From Bdellovibrionota bacterium (GTDB taxonomy: Bacteria; Bdellovibrionota_C; UBA2361; JBGSMV01), in the NCBI GenBank assembly GCA_041739995.1, contig JBGSMV010000016.1:1-64000 (forward strand): DNA of 64,000 nucleotides, written 5' to 3'. Positions 1 through 9,530 of the stretch are shown piece after piece. Position 1 is the first letter of the stretch. Each line of letters opens with the position of its first letter. The notes under the pieces are model-generated. The model had not been told where the DNA came from and did no database searches. It worked only from the letters and a program-made list of their open reading frames with translations. A program made the translations under genes and the position numbers.

Positions 1-71
1 ACGGATACTCCCGACTCGGATTCCTGCAGGATCTTCACGATCTTTTCTTCGCTAAATCGACTCTTCTTCAT
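1..71 (-). CDS. IS3-family transposase OrfA, 5' fragment
   Basis: Own translation MKKSRFSEEKIVKILQESESGVS matches the MKKSRF(S/T)EEQI..IL.E.E.G N-terminus of IS3/IS407-group OrfA; not in the ORF track. Confidence 0.88.
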   Translation of the reverse strand, partial: MKKSRFSEEKIVKILQESESGVS

Positions 72-140
72 TTTTCCTCCTTAACACAGTTAATGAGGAA
101 AACTAACTTCAGACTGGTCTACATTTCAGGGGGGACGTCA
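1..140 (-). mobile_element. Left end of an IS3-family insertion sequence (continues off window)
   Basis: Minus strand reads 5'-TGACGTCCCCCCTGAAATGTAGACCAGTCTGAAGTTAG..., a TG-initiated terminal repeat typical of IS3, followed by SD AAGGAGG and an OrfA start at 71. Confidence 0.85.
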
Positions 141-739
141 AGAGCACCGAAAGTGATGCCATCTGCCGAGGGAGAATGGCGGATCGTATCCGGTAGAAAT
201 GGAGAAGTGCTGGCGCCTGAATAGTTTCGGTAGCCACCTCCAGCGAGTGCAAGAATGCTAAAGGAGTCAACGTCGGCGAATCGCTCTCCGGCTTCGGGGG
301 TAAAAGTGTAGGTCGATGGTAGCGGAGTTACTTGTGGATTGGGTATGCCGTTCAGGCATTCAAGATGTTCTGAATAACCCCTACGTCTCGCTTGGTCGAC
401 TGACCGAAATCGCTTGAGCTGGGCCGGGCATAGATAAAGTTTCTCAGAGATAATTCCAAACACTGGCGCACAAGGAAGTCTTGCAGCCACACTCACATCC
501 GCTGGGTCTAAACAGCTTCTGTACCTGAAGTAGCCTTTGGATTGGGCTTTGTTCTGTGATCGAAAGACTTTTATTTGATCTGCACGAATGAGAAATTCCT
601 TGGCACGCTTTATCCCAAGCACATTGGCTCGTTTGAGTTTTGTGCATGCTTCGCACTGGGCGTTTGCTGTTCGAGCTGGTAATGGCGCGAGCATCATCAG
701 AGCGATCGAGATGAAAATGGCGGCGCGAGTGTTAGCCAT
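119..739 (-). pseudogene. Secreted protein truncated by the IS3 insertion
   Basis: Signal peptide (MANTRAAIFISIALMMLAPLPARTANA), two FxSxxxAxxxGY repeats and an Asp-box-like SADGITF; the final residues DVPPEM* are encoded by the IS end (119-140). Confidence 0.7.
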
Positions 740-982
740 AGTGTGAGCCCTAGACGTTTTAAATTCGATAGAAGCAAGAATCTCAAGAGGCAGCACATAG
801 CTGCGCCCCGACGGCGTGCTTTGTTTGTCGGCAGAAAATAGACGATTCTAGATAGCGGCATCCCTTAGGGTTCTGAGAGAGAAAACGGTGTGATTAGAAT
901 GGGTTGGCAGAGAAGTGAGCGGATTGGCTCTGGCGCACTGCTGAGGACAGTCTAGGCCAAAGATTCTGGTGGGTGGATGAAA

Positions 983-2017
983 TTAAGCCGACTTCTTATA
1001 AGACTCGCGCAGCAGAATGGATACCTTTAATACCGCATCCCCGTACGCATCACTTCGATTGTAATGCCAGAGCACTTTCTTTTTATCCTGAGCCGAGCTT
1101 TCTTCGTTCCAGCCAAATGAGAGTAAATAGTTGCCTACCGACGGTATGGCGTCTTTCGGATCAAACAAGTCTGCAAAGTCATCGCCGCTTCCGTCAACGG
1201 CGTACTTCAAATATGAAGTGGGGAGGAATTGAGGGAGCCCAAAAGCGCCAGCGACAGAACCTTTGAACTTGAATACATCCACATTCTTGATTCGTGCTAC
1301 CTCAAGAAGCGCTTTCACCTCGGGAAGAAACGTATCTTCTAAGTACTGCGCTCGAGCAGCAACCTCTTCTCTCGTAACGGTAGGGTCAGAGGCGCGGAGT
1401 TGGTTAAAGTTGAAATCGATGTTTTGCGGCTCCGAAACCGAGCTCACGCGCGCGAGGCGATCCAGTATTAGGCTGTTTCCTACGAAGCGACCACATTGAG
1501 TTTCTACTAACAGCAAGGCTGCAAGCACGTAACGACTCACTTGAAAGAGTCCCTCCGCTCGCACGAAAGATTCATGATGATTTTTGAGACAAGACTTTGC
1601 GATTTCTAATCGAGAGGGCAGCGTGAAGGATGTGTACATTTGCTCTGTTTCACGGGGTTTAAGCTTAAACGTGACGGGTGTACGCTGCGGCATACGACGG
1701 TCACCAAGCACTTTTACGACCTGGCTCGACGGGACACCAATCCGGACGAGTTGCTGAGCGAGAAATGACCAGCCGTTGACACCTTCATTTGAAATGAGAG
1801 CGTCGAGAATCACGTCATGCGGTTGAGATATCTGGGAATTCTCGAGTTCAGGAAGGGAAACTTCGCTTGCCAACGCTACCTCGCTTGGCGTCTCGGCAAG
1901 TAGAGTGCGGGCGCAAGCGAAAGCAAGGCAAAGGACCAAACTCACTGGCAGAATCGAAGGAAAAATAACTTTCGCTCGGCAAATGATACATCGAAGAGCG
2001 TTTTTTTCTCTAGACAT
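983..2017 (-). CDS. mltB: Lytic murein transglycosylase B family
   Basis: Catalytic VET and the GSVAGAFGLPQFLPTSYLKYAVDGSGD and YNRSDAY motifs; N-terminal hydrophobic signal. Start at ATG 2017 is inferred. Confidence 0.88.
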   Translation of the reverse strand: MSREKNALRCIICRAKVIFPSILPVSLVLCLAFACARTLLAETPSEVALASEVSLPELENSQISQPHDVILDALISNEGVNGWSFLAQQLVRIGVPSSQVVKVLGDRRMPQRTPVTFKLKPRETEQMYTSFTLPSRLEIAKSCLKNHHESFVRAEGLFQVSRYVLAALLLVETQCGRFVGNSLILDRLARVSSVSEPQNIDFNFNQLRASDPTVTREEVAARAQYLEDTFLPEVKALLEVARIKNVDVFKFKGSVAGAFGLPQFLPTSYLKYAVDGSGDDFADLFDPKDAIPSVGNYLLSFGWNEESSAQDKKKVLWHYNRSDAYGDAVLKVSILLRESYKKSA

Positions 2018-3251
2018 GAGTGCTCCATTTTGAAATCTCTGCGGCTTCACCTCGGAGTGAAGTTTCGCGCACCAATTCGCTCATGAGTATTTCAGCTCCT
2101 ACCGAGCGATTCTTCAAGCGACTATCAATAGAGACGAGCGTCTTCATTACGGACGTGAGACGGTCCGCTGAAAAGCGGCGCGTAGCGTTCACCGCTTTGT
2201 TATACACCCATTGCGATAGCCCGAGTTTTTCTCGAATAGCCTGCGGCGCGATGCCCTCATCGAGCATGGTTCGAACTGCGAGATAGTTCGAAAAGGAGCG
2301 AGCGACCAGAGCCAGTATCATGAACTGATTCTTTCCTGATCTGAAAAATTCAGAGATCATTATTTCGCACTTGGGTACATTTCCTGCGATCAGTGCGTCA
2401 AGAAATTCAAATTCTCCAGGAGTAGTTTGGTGTACAAAAAGCGCCGCGACATCTGGAGCCGAGAGCGTTTCCCCTTCACAGAAGAGGGATAGTTGATGAG
2501 TCATTGCGGCAAGACGATCTGGAGACTCCTCGCTCGCTGAGAGCAGGGCCGTAAGTGCAGATTCATTCCATGATTTAAATCCGCTACGTTTAAGTTCTTT
2601 TTCAAGCCAGCGGTGCAGTTCAAATCCCTTAAGCGCCTCAAAACGAATGCAAGCGTTTTGCTCGCTGAGCACTTGCATGAGCGGGTTGCTGGTGAGCATG
2701 ACTCCAGCGGTAAGTAATAGCCGGTGTGATGTTCCAAAGCGGGGGACTATTCGGGCGAGCTCGGTTGCTACGGCGGGAAGACAATGGTCGACGTCTCTTA
2801 TGTAAGAAACCTCTTTCGAAGTGAAGAGGGAAAGTGAACTTGCGGAGTCGCTGAGCGCTAAAACATTTGAAGTGTTCAGTGTGCTCCCCATGTAGCGGTG
2901 CGCTGACGCGTTGGTCGGGAAGCTGTTCTCCGTAGAGATCTGAGGGGTTGAGGCTTCATCGCTGGAGGTCTTAGGGGAAAAGGGACCGAGCCAATGCTCG
3001 AGCACATACTTTGCGGCGCGTTCACGTCGAACAAAATCAGGGACGATCAGTAATAATGCTGGGCATGCTGGTTCGTTTCGGAGAAAACCAACTAAGTCGC
3101 TTGAAGTGATTGAGTTCTTCTTGGTAGTCGAATTTCGTGAAGTGCCTTTATTGGTTGAAGATTCTCGCGCAGGAGGGGACTGTCGAGAGGCGAAACCTTT
3201 CCCGCTTTTCTTTGGGGCGCGCCCGTCGTTTTTTGAGGAACGTTGCTGCAC
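2010..3251 (-). CDS. holA: DNA polymerase III delta subunit
   Basis: SLSLF motif, L..W+.K.....G segment, F.F.DAL..G and D..LK C-terminal motifs of HolA; basic N-terminal extension. Confidence 0.8.
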   Translation of the reverse strand: MQQRSSKNDGRAPKKSGKGFASRQSPPARESSTNKGTSRNSTTKKNSITSSDLVGFLRNEPACPALLLIVPDFVRRERAAKYVLEHWLGPFSPKTSSDEASTPQISTENSFPTNASAHRYMGSTLNTSNVLALSDSASSLSLFTSKEVSYIRDVDHCLPAVATELARIVPRFGTSHRLLLTAGVMLTSNPLMQVLSEQNACIRFEALKGFELHRWLEKELKRSGFKSWNESALTALLSASEESPDRLAAMTHQLSLFCEGETLSAPDVAALFVHQTTPGEFEFLDALIAGNVPKCEIMISEFFRSGKNQFMILALVARSFSNYLAVRTMLDEGIAPQAIREKLGLSQWVYNKAVNATRRFSADRLTSVMKTLVSIDSRLKNRSVGAEILMSELVRETSLRGEAAEISKWSTHV

Positions 3252-3422
3252 GGGGGCTACTCCGAGGTGACTACTTTGGCGCGAACCAGGTTAGTATACT
3301 AGCATAGGTTCTACCGCATGAATTCTAGCGGTCAAACGTTTCTGTTTAAATGCTCACTTTCGATCAATGAATATCTGTTCCATCAATTAGCAGCGTGCCC
3401 AATAATTTAGCGCAGTGCCAAA

Positions 3423-3457
3423 AAACACAAATAAACAAACACAAATAAACAAACACA
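3423..3457. repeat. 14-bp tandem duplication AAACACAAATAAAC x2.5
   Basis: Read directly, downstream of tRNA-Phe. Confidence 0.85.
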
Positions 3458-3503
3458 GTGGCGGTTCGTCCTGGATACGATGCTCTTGGGGGGAGAGAGA
3501 GAA

Positions 3504-3576
3504 TGCCCAGAGCCGGAATCGAACCAGCGACACGTAGATTTTCAGTCTACTGCTCTACCAACTGAGCTATCTGGGC
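3504..3576 (-). tRNA. tRNA-Phe (GAA), CCA not encoded
   Basis: Reverse complement GCCCAGATAGCTCAGTTGGTAGAGCAGTAGACTGAAAATCTACGTGTCGCTGGTTCGATTCCGGCTCTGGGCA forms a cloverleaf with a GAA anticodon and GGTTCGA T-loop. Confidence 0.97.
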
Positions 3577-3675
3577 GCATGAAAAAAGCTCGCTAATCGA
3601 ACAAGCGGAGCTCCTGGTCAGTACCACAGAAGCAAAAGGCACTTCAAGCTGCCGGGCCAACTCACTTTTTTATTT

Positions 3676-5526
3676 CTATGCGCTTGAGGGCTCTACGGCG
3701 ACCACTAATGCTTTCGAAGCCCATTCGTGAAGGCTGGACCTGCCGAAAGCCACCAAGAGGGCGCCACCTGATACAATAGAAAGGGGCGTAGTGAGGCACC
3801 AAACCAGAGCCTGCGAGAGCCCAATCGGCCTCCCTCGAGGACTGCGTATCATCAGTCCCATGATGAGCTGTCCCAAGGTTCGCGAGGTGAGCGAGAGGGA
3901 GATGAAGGGTAGAAGGATAAGGTTTACAAGAGAACCCAGGGTAACCCACATCGCTACATCAATAAGATCAAAGGGGCTAAATGCGCGCGTTCCTGTAACT
4001 AGCTCATTCACACTAAATGGTCCGGCGAGCAGTGCCACAATAGCGACGCCTAGCCCACACAAAAGAGCGACGAGCGCATCAAGGCCAAAGGCTGAGATTC
4101 GCCGCCATGCGGGAGCGCGTGCCTGCAACGAAGGATGTTCAATCTCATCTTCGACTCGTCGACCAGAGATCGATAACCCTTGGTTCCCCTTAAGTGAGAC
4201 CAGCTGGGCATTGGAGAGGCGTTCGACTACTCTAAGCTGAATGGCGGCGTCTCCCGCATCGACTTCACGGTTGACGCTAGTCTGAACAGTGTTCACGTAG
4301 CGCCGCTCACTCTCAGGATCAATTAGGGCCTCACGCGACATCTCAAAAAGCACTTCTACGTCAGAGCGCCCCTGCATAGAAAAAAAATGCTCTGCACTAA
4401 GTTCAAGATCTTGCGTCTGATCATTAGTCGTAAGCTCTTGGAGCGCATCTCCAAAAAGCTGCTCTATAGAAGTCTCAATAGTTTCGGTCGAGAAGGAAAA
4501 TTCGTGCATGGCGGATGATTCGAGTGCTGCGGTGGGACTTAGCGCAGCGAGCCTTGTGTCCGTGTCAGATGTTGAAATCTCGCTTGGCGCTTGAAGCCCT
4601 GGCGGTACAGAGATGTTTTCGTTCGATTGATATGAAGGCTCTACGGCAGGACTCGTCTTAGTGTCAGGTTCGTCGTTGTTTGGTGTGGCGGATGCCTGAA
4701 ATATTTCCGCAGCAGCACTAATCTCGTCGAGGCCTGGCGAGAAAGAGGCCGCAATTGTTTCGCCAGAAGTAGGAGCCTGCTCTTCTTGGATTTCAGGGCG
4801 TGAGGACTGCTGCGATGGGGTCTCTGGCTGTGGAACAGCGCTGTCGATCGAACTCGTATCATGTAGGAAGGCTTGCGCCTGAAATTCAAGCTCATTTGAC
4901 GGTATCGCCAGTTCCGCGTGGGGTTCGTCATACGAAATAGGAGGAGCTTCGAAGACAGGCGAGGAATGCGGCGGGCGAGGAGCGGGAGCTACTTCGGTGT
5001 TTTCAAAAGAGGGGCTTCTGCTGGATTCTGAAAAAAGCGCCTCTGAAGAAGTTTCCGCTTGAGGTGCGTCGAAAGGTGCCGTGCTCGGCGATTCCCCTAA
5101 GTCAGGGTGCGATTGAAGGAAGCCCCTTTCTTGCGCAGCAACAACTTCCAAGTCCGATTCTTTTTCTGATTCTGGGGCGATCGGCGCCCTTACTTCCGAG
5201 CTACTCGGTGCAGGACTTTCGGAAGGAGTGGGGGATGAGACGGAACTGCTTCGAGCGCGAGAGAAAAAACCTGATAAAAATCCAACGAGGGTCTTGCCAG
5301 GCGCGCGCTCTGAGTTTTCCGTTTCTATGCTTTTGCTTGGCTGAGATACGAGAAAGGCGCCTGAGCCAGTACCCTTGGTAGCGCGATCGACGAGCTGTTC
5401 ATACGAGGCTCGCGGGTTCGATACGCGCAGGCCTGTCTGCTCCTTGAAATCACGAAGATCGACTAAGCACTTGGGGCAAATGTCTCGCAGATCCGAGCAA
5501 ACGAACCCGCAGTCAGGGCATTTCAT
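3676..5526 (-). CDS. Zinc-ribbon / RDD-domain membrane protein
   Basis: N-terminal CPDC...CPKC, long acidic Pro/Ser-rich linker, C-terminal WRRISAFGLD...RTLG..IMGL...LHE (RDD-like). Confidence 0.75.
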   Translation of the reverse strand: MKCPDCGFVCSDLRDICPKCLVDLRDFKEQTGLRVSNPRASYEQLVDRATKGTGSGAFLVSQPSKSIETENSERAPGKTLVGFLSGFFSRARSSSVSSPTPSESPAPSSSEVRAPIAPESEKESDLEVVAAQERGFLQSHPDLGESPSTAPFDAPQAETSSEALFSESSRSPSFENTEVAPAPRPPHSSPVFEAPPISYDEPHAELAIPSNELEFQAQAFLHDTSSIDSAVPQPETPSQQSSRPEIQEEQAPTSGETIAASFSPGLDEISAAAEIFQASATPNNDEPDTKTSPAVEPSYQSNENISVPPGLQAPSEISTSDTDTRLAALSPTAALESSAMHEFSFSTETIETSIEQLFGDALQELTTNDQTQDLELSAEHFFSMQGRSDVEVLFEMSREALIDPESERRYVNTVQTSVNREVDAGDAAIQLRVVERLSNAQLVSLKGNQGLSISGRRVEDEIEHPSLQARAPAWRRISAFGLDALVALLCGLGVAIVALLAGPFSVNELVTGTRAFSPFDLIDVAMWVTLGSLVNLILLPFISLSLTSRTLGQLIMGLMIRSPRGRPIGLSQALVWCLTTPLSIVSGGALLVAFGRSSLHEWASKALVVAVEPSSA

Positions 5527-6310
5527 GTTCGGAGAAATCTCCCCAGATGGCGTTTGCAGAAGACAGTATGACTATAGCAGCCGTTTCCGCTCGAAGCACC
5601 AGGGAACCAAGAGAGACGGGACGAAAGCCTTGATTCAGCAAAAGAGCTTCTTCTTGCGGGCTAAAGTCACCTTCTGGACCTGTCACTAGTGCGCAGGGAG
5701 CATGCCATTTGAAGCTTCTTAGTGGTCTGGCGGATGGGTTGAGAGATCCAAAAAAACCACTGTCGTGTCCAGCGATGGCGGCATCGAGCGAGGCAAAAAA
5801 ATTCAATGTGGGGAGCGTGCTGCGCGCAGACTGTTTGGCTGCCGCCTCAGCGACGCGATTCCAGCGCAAAAGCTTCTTTGGTGCCGAACTCTCCTCGACA
5901 GTTACGACGCTCCTTGCTGCTTGATATACGGAGATGGTGCTCGCCCCAAGCTCGGTGGCTTTTTCGATTGCGAGTTCGAGGTGATCCCCTTTTAAGAGCG
6001 GCACCACGAGCGTATCTCCACGCATCGAGATGGGAGTGCTTTTAGAAATTTGCTCGAGCTTGGCTTGAACTGCTGGCTTAAGGGCACAAATTTTTGCTTC
6101 AAACTCTTGCCCAGAGGAAGCGCATACGATCGATAGTGTTGCGGAGAGGGGCAGTCTGAGCACATCACAGATATGATGCGAATCGGTCGACGAGAGAGTA
6201 ACGGTATCCCCAATTTGAAATGGGGAAGCTGTCATTGGTGGATCGGTCGCAATCCGTCTGCTGTGGGGAGACGACGAGTGACGAACAAAAAATCGAGGAT
6301 GCTTACTCAC
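5513..6310 (-). CDS. rsmE: 16S rRNA m3U1498 methyltransferase
   Basis: HHICDVLR, EKATELG, AAKQSAR, GPEGDFS and SLGSLVLRAETA motifs. Confidence 0.95.
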   Translation of the reverse strand: MSKHPRFFVRHSSSPHSRRIATDPPMTASPFQIGDTVTLSSTDSHHICDVLRLPLSATLSIVCASSGQEFEAKICALKPAVQAKLEQISKSTPISMRGDTLVVPLLKGDHLELAIEKATELGASTISVYQAARSVVTVEESSAPKKLLRWNRVAEAAAKQSARSTLPTLNFFASLDAAIAGHDSGFFGSLNPSARPLRSFKWHAPCALVTGPEGDFSPQEEALLLNQGFRPVSLGSLVLRAETAAIVILSSANAIWGDFSEHEMP

Positions 6311-6512
6311 TCACCAACACCCCTATCGGAAGCCATCCTCGTTTTCTGAGTTAGAAGTTCATCTAAGTATCTTCCTCGCCGTTCCCGCTGAGCTCGTCGT
6401 GTGATTGATTAAAGGTATTCACAAAGAGAGCAGCGAGCGCGGTGAGAATTATTGATCGAACCCTTAACTCAGAACACCAGAAAGCCGTTGCAAAAAGCTA
6501 CTTTGGGAGCCA

Positions 6513-6543
6513 CTGACTTTCTTAAATTCTGACTTTCTTAAAT
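6513..6543. repeat. Tandem duplication CTGACTTTCTTAAAT x2 (16-bp period)
   Basis: Read directly, intergenic. Confidence 0.85.
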
Positions 6544-6572
6544 AGAGCCTCGGCTTAGGAAGTATTTCAAAC

Positions 6573-7193
6573 TCAGGCGTTTTTATTTGGTCGCTCAAGT
6601 CCGAGTTTCTTCAGTCTGGCGCGAAGGAAAGAGATTTTATCAATTCCTACGATACGCTCTTTATCGATTACAAATGTAGGAGTGTCGAACACGTCGAACT
6701 TTCTGCCACGCTTGTAGATTCCCTTCACTCTTTCTCTGGTGTCGGACGAGGAAACCTTGCTCAAAAACTCGCCAAGGTCGATGTCCAAGTCTTCACAGAG
6801 TTGAGTGGTGAAGGCCTCATCGTTAGGATTTTCACCCATGCCCCACCACTTGTTGAACATTTTGATGTTGTATTCCATCAAGACGCCCATGTCGCCGGCA
6901 ACAACGGCTCCGCGAGTCGCGCGACCTGGATCAAACTCTCCCTCTGGCCAGCCTTCAGGGAACTGAAGCGGAAGACCAAGCTCTTCGGCGAAACGTTTCG
7001 TGTCTTCAAAGAGGTACGACAGTTTTTCGGGGATCACAGACGCTGGGGTGATTGGCTGGCCTGCGGCTTTGGCTGAGAATGGCTGCCACAGCAGGTCTAC
7101 ATCAAAATCAGATTCAATCGCATAGATTTGCTCTAAAGCCAGATAGGAGTAGGGGCTTTGGAACGAATAAAATACTTCAATTGTGAGTGCCAT
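6573..7193 (-). CDS. DsbA-family / 2-hydroxychromene-2-carboxylate isomerase (kappa GST)-like protein
   Basis: FYSFQSPYSYLA N-terminus and VFDTPTF...G.D C-terminus. Confidence 0.85.
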   Translation of the reverse strand: MALTIEVFYSFQSPYSYLALEQIYAIESDFDVDLLWQPFSAKAAGQPITPASVIPEKLSYLFEDTKRFAEELGLPLQFPEGWPEGEFDPGRATRGAVVAGDMGVLMEYNIKMFNKWWGMGENPNDEAFTTQLCEDLDIDLGEFLSKVSSSDTRERVKGIYKRGRKFDVFDTPTFVIDKERIVGIDKISFLRARLKKLGLERPNKNA

Positions 7194-7845
7194 ATACGCT
7201 ACCTAATCCAAAAATCTTTCGTGTTCTATCAGCTTCTTTAAAGGCAAAACTTCTTCAGGAGTTACTAAGTGCTGCATTTGCGATCTTGCATTTGAGATCT
7301 TCTGTCCGACATCCTTGCCGTATTCTCGCAGCACCTAAAAACAACGCACGCAACAATTCTCCGAACCCAAGGGCCCGGTTCGCAACTCCAAAAAATGGCG
7401 CTACTTGATTCGGACGTACCTCAAGGCCGTTCCTCTAGACGAGGTGCGAGGGCCAAGGCGTACTCACCGGAGAGGCAGATACGAGGTTTGATTTTAGCTG
7501 CAAAACATTTTGCTCATTTCTAAGCAGCTCTTCATGTTTTGCGTGCCAAAATGTTCTCGGACAGCGCCTCTTCCGACGCTTGCTTCGTTGGTACGGTACT
7601 TCGAGATAGAGGCAAAATGCAAGGTAAACTGCTGTCCTAACGAGAGAAATTTAGAGAGCGATGGGTTGAATTCTCGGTCTTTAAGGCGACAAAGCTGTGG
7701 AAAGATACACGGTAGTGTTGTTCGGCTGTTACGGGTGATTTTTTAAAAAAGTAGCGATTGTTCTCCCTTGATGGTCGGAGAGATATTTGCTTGCTTTTCA
7801 GCCGCTGCTCTAGTGAATTCAAACAGATAAGATAAGTTTACCGCC

Positions 7846-8751
7846 ATGATTAGTAAGGGACACTCTTTAGAAACGATAGGCCAGCCAGGTGCTCGCCCCA
7901 TGCTTTGCTTGGAGGTGAATCCTCCTCGAGGAGTTGAAATTGAGCCCATATTCTCTCGATTGGAGGGAGCTCTGGATGGGGTGGATTTTCTCAATATTAC
8001 AGACAGCGCTCTTGCCAGAATGAAGCTTGCGGCCATCCCCTTCGGCGCAATGATAAAACAGCGATTTGGGGTTGAAACGTTGATCAACGTCTCCTGCCGC
8101 GATCGAAACTTGATAGCACTTCAAGCCGATCTTCTGGCTGGTTGGGCGCTCGGGGTTCGCTCGGTCGTGGCACTCACTGGTGATGCCGTGACAATTGGGG
8201 ACTCCCCTGACCGCAAGGGAGTATTCGAGGTAAATTCAGTTGGCCTTCTCAGCGCTATACAAACTCTGAATTCTGGGGCGGATCTTGCGGGTAATGAGCT
8301 TAAGGGGGCGCCTCAATTCGTTCCTGGCGTCGTCGTTAATCCGAACGCACGCAATTCAGCAGCAGAAATACGCAGGTTGAAGAGAAAAAAGGAGGCGGGT
8401 GCCAAATACGCGCTTAGTCAGCCGGTCTTTGACGCAACTGCAGCGTGTGCCTTTCTTGAGGCTGCCGCAGAGGTTGAGTTGCCAATATTCCTTGGTCTCT
8501 TGCCTCTAAAGAGCAAGAAAGCTGCAGAAGGAATATCGAAGATTCCAGGCATACGAATTTCTGAGGCGGTTTCTGAGCACCTTGCCCGCCAAGCCGAAGC
8601 GGATCTTTCAGAATTTTTCCTTGAGCATTGTTTGAACTTGGCTCACGTCACCCGTCCTTTGGTGGCGGGATTTCACGTGGTCAGTGGCGTTACGCCACTG
8701 CTCTCAATTGAGCTGACCCGTCGTCTCGCGCGATGGATTGGCACCCTTTAG
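7846..8751 (+). CDS. metF: Methylenetetrahydrofolate reductase (stand-alone YitJ-type domain)
   Basis: EVNPPRG, ITDSALAR, CRDRNLIALQADLL, ALTGD and SQPVFD motifs. Confidence 0.88.
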   Translation: MISKGHSLETIGQPGARPMLCLEVNPPRGVEIEPIFSRLEGALDGVDFLNITDSALARMKLAAIPFGAMIKQRFGVETLINVSCRDRNLIALQADLLAGWALGVRSVVALTGDAVTIGDSPDRKGVFEVNSVGLLSAIQTLNSGADLAGNELKGAPQFVPGVVVNPNARNSAAEIRRLKRKKEAGAKYALSQPVFDATAACAFLEAAAEVELPIFLGLLPLKSKKAAEGISKIPGIRISEAVSEHLARQAEADLSEFFLEHCLNLAHVTRPLVAGFHVVSGVTPLLSIELTRRLARWIGTL

Positions 8752-8933
8752 TTCTGCGGACCCTAAGGCTGAAGATAAATTGGCTTTCTAACAGTGGTGG
8801 GATGTCAGTATCGTGGGCACCTGGTTTCCGCCCGAGCCCGGATCGGCTAACCTCTTGATGTCTCCTCGTCACCACGGCGAGCAGTGCCTCGGAGCTCTTA
8901 CTCTAAGCTGGGCGAAGTTTTTTGAGAGTTTGT

Positions 8934-9527
8934 ATGAAGCGTCGTGAAGAAATGACATTCCTCGAACGCGTTTATCTCATTGAGATTGCGAAAGGGGTTA
9001 GTTTCACTTTTTGGAAATTAGTCCGAAACCTCAGTGTTCACGTTCTGCACCTATTTGGCATCATGAAGAATGTGCGCGCGGCGGCGAGCATTCAGTATCC
9101 TAATGAGCGACGAGAGTATCCTTCGCGCTATCGGGGGCGGCATCGATTAACGCTGCATGCCAATGGTGATGTGAAGTGCACATCGTGTTTTCTGTGCGCG
9201 ACTGCCTGCCCCGCTCGTTGTATTTACATTGAGCCGGCCGAACATGCGGATGCGAAAGTTGAAAAGTTTCCGCATCGTTACGAGATTGACACGTTGCTAT
9301 GTATTTATTGTGGATACTGTGTGGAGGCCTGCCCAGTAGACGCGATTCGTATGGATACCGGAATTCACCCGGAGATTTATCCTCCAGATCCGCGCCTGTT
9401 TATTGAAGACAAAGAGACCTTGATGGAACGCTCGCGCAGAATTGCGGACGTTGGCGTAGACAATGTTTTTGAACAGCATATGCAGCGGATGCGGAATCTA
9501 GAACTGCATCCAATGCGATCTGAGTGA
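8934..9527 (+). CDS. nuoI: NADH-quinone oxidoreductase subunit I (2x[4Fe-4S])
   Basis: QYP.E...RYRGRHRL, CTSCFLCATACP and CIYCGYCVEACPVDAI. Confidence 0.92.
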   Translation: MKRREEMTFLERVYLIEIAKGVSFTFWKLVRNLSVHVLHLFGIMKNVRAAASIQYPNERREYPSRYRGRHRLTLHANGDVKCTSCFLCATACPARCIYIEPAEHADAKVEKFPHRYEIDTLLCIYCGYCVEACPVDAIRMDTGIHPEIYPPDPRLFIEDKETLMERSRRIADVGVDNVFEQHMQRMRNLELHPMRSE

Positions 9528-9530
9528 TAT

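Noticed and set aside
3252..3503. Genomic island integrated at tRNA-Phe
   Set aside because: No integrase and no duplicated tRNA 3' end; holA follows directly.
7200..7845. SAM riboswitch or other ncRNA upstream of metF
   Set aside because: Only short hairpins; no SAM, SRP or 6S consensus recognised.
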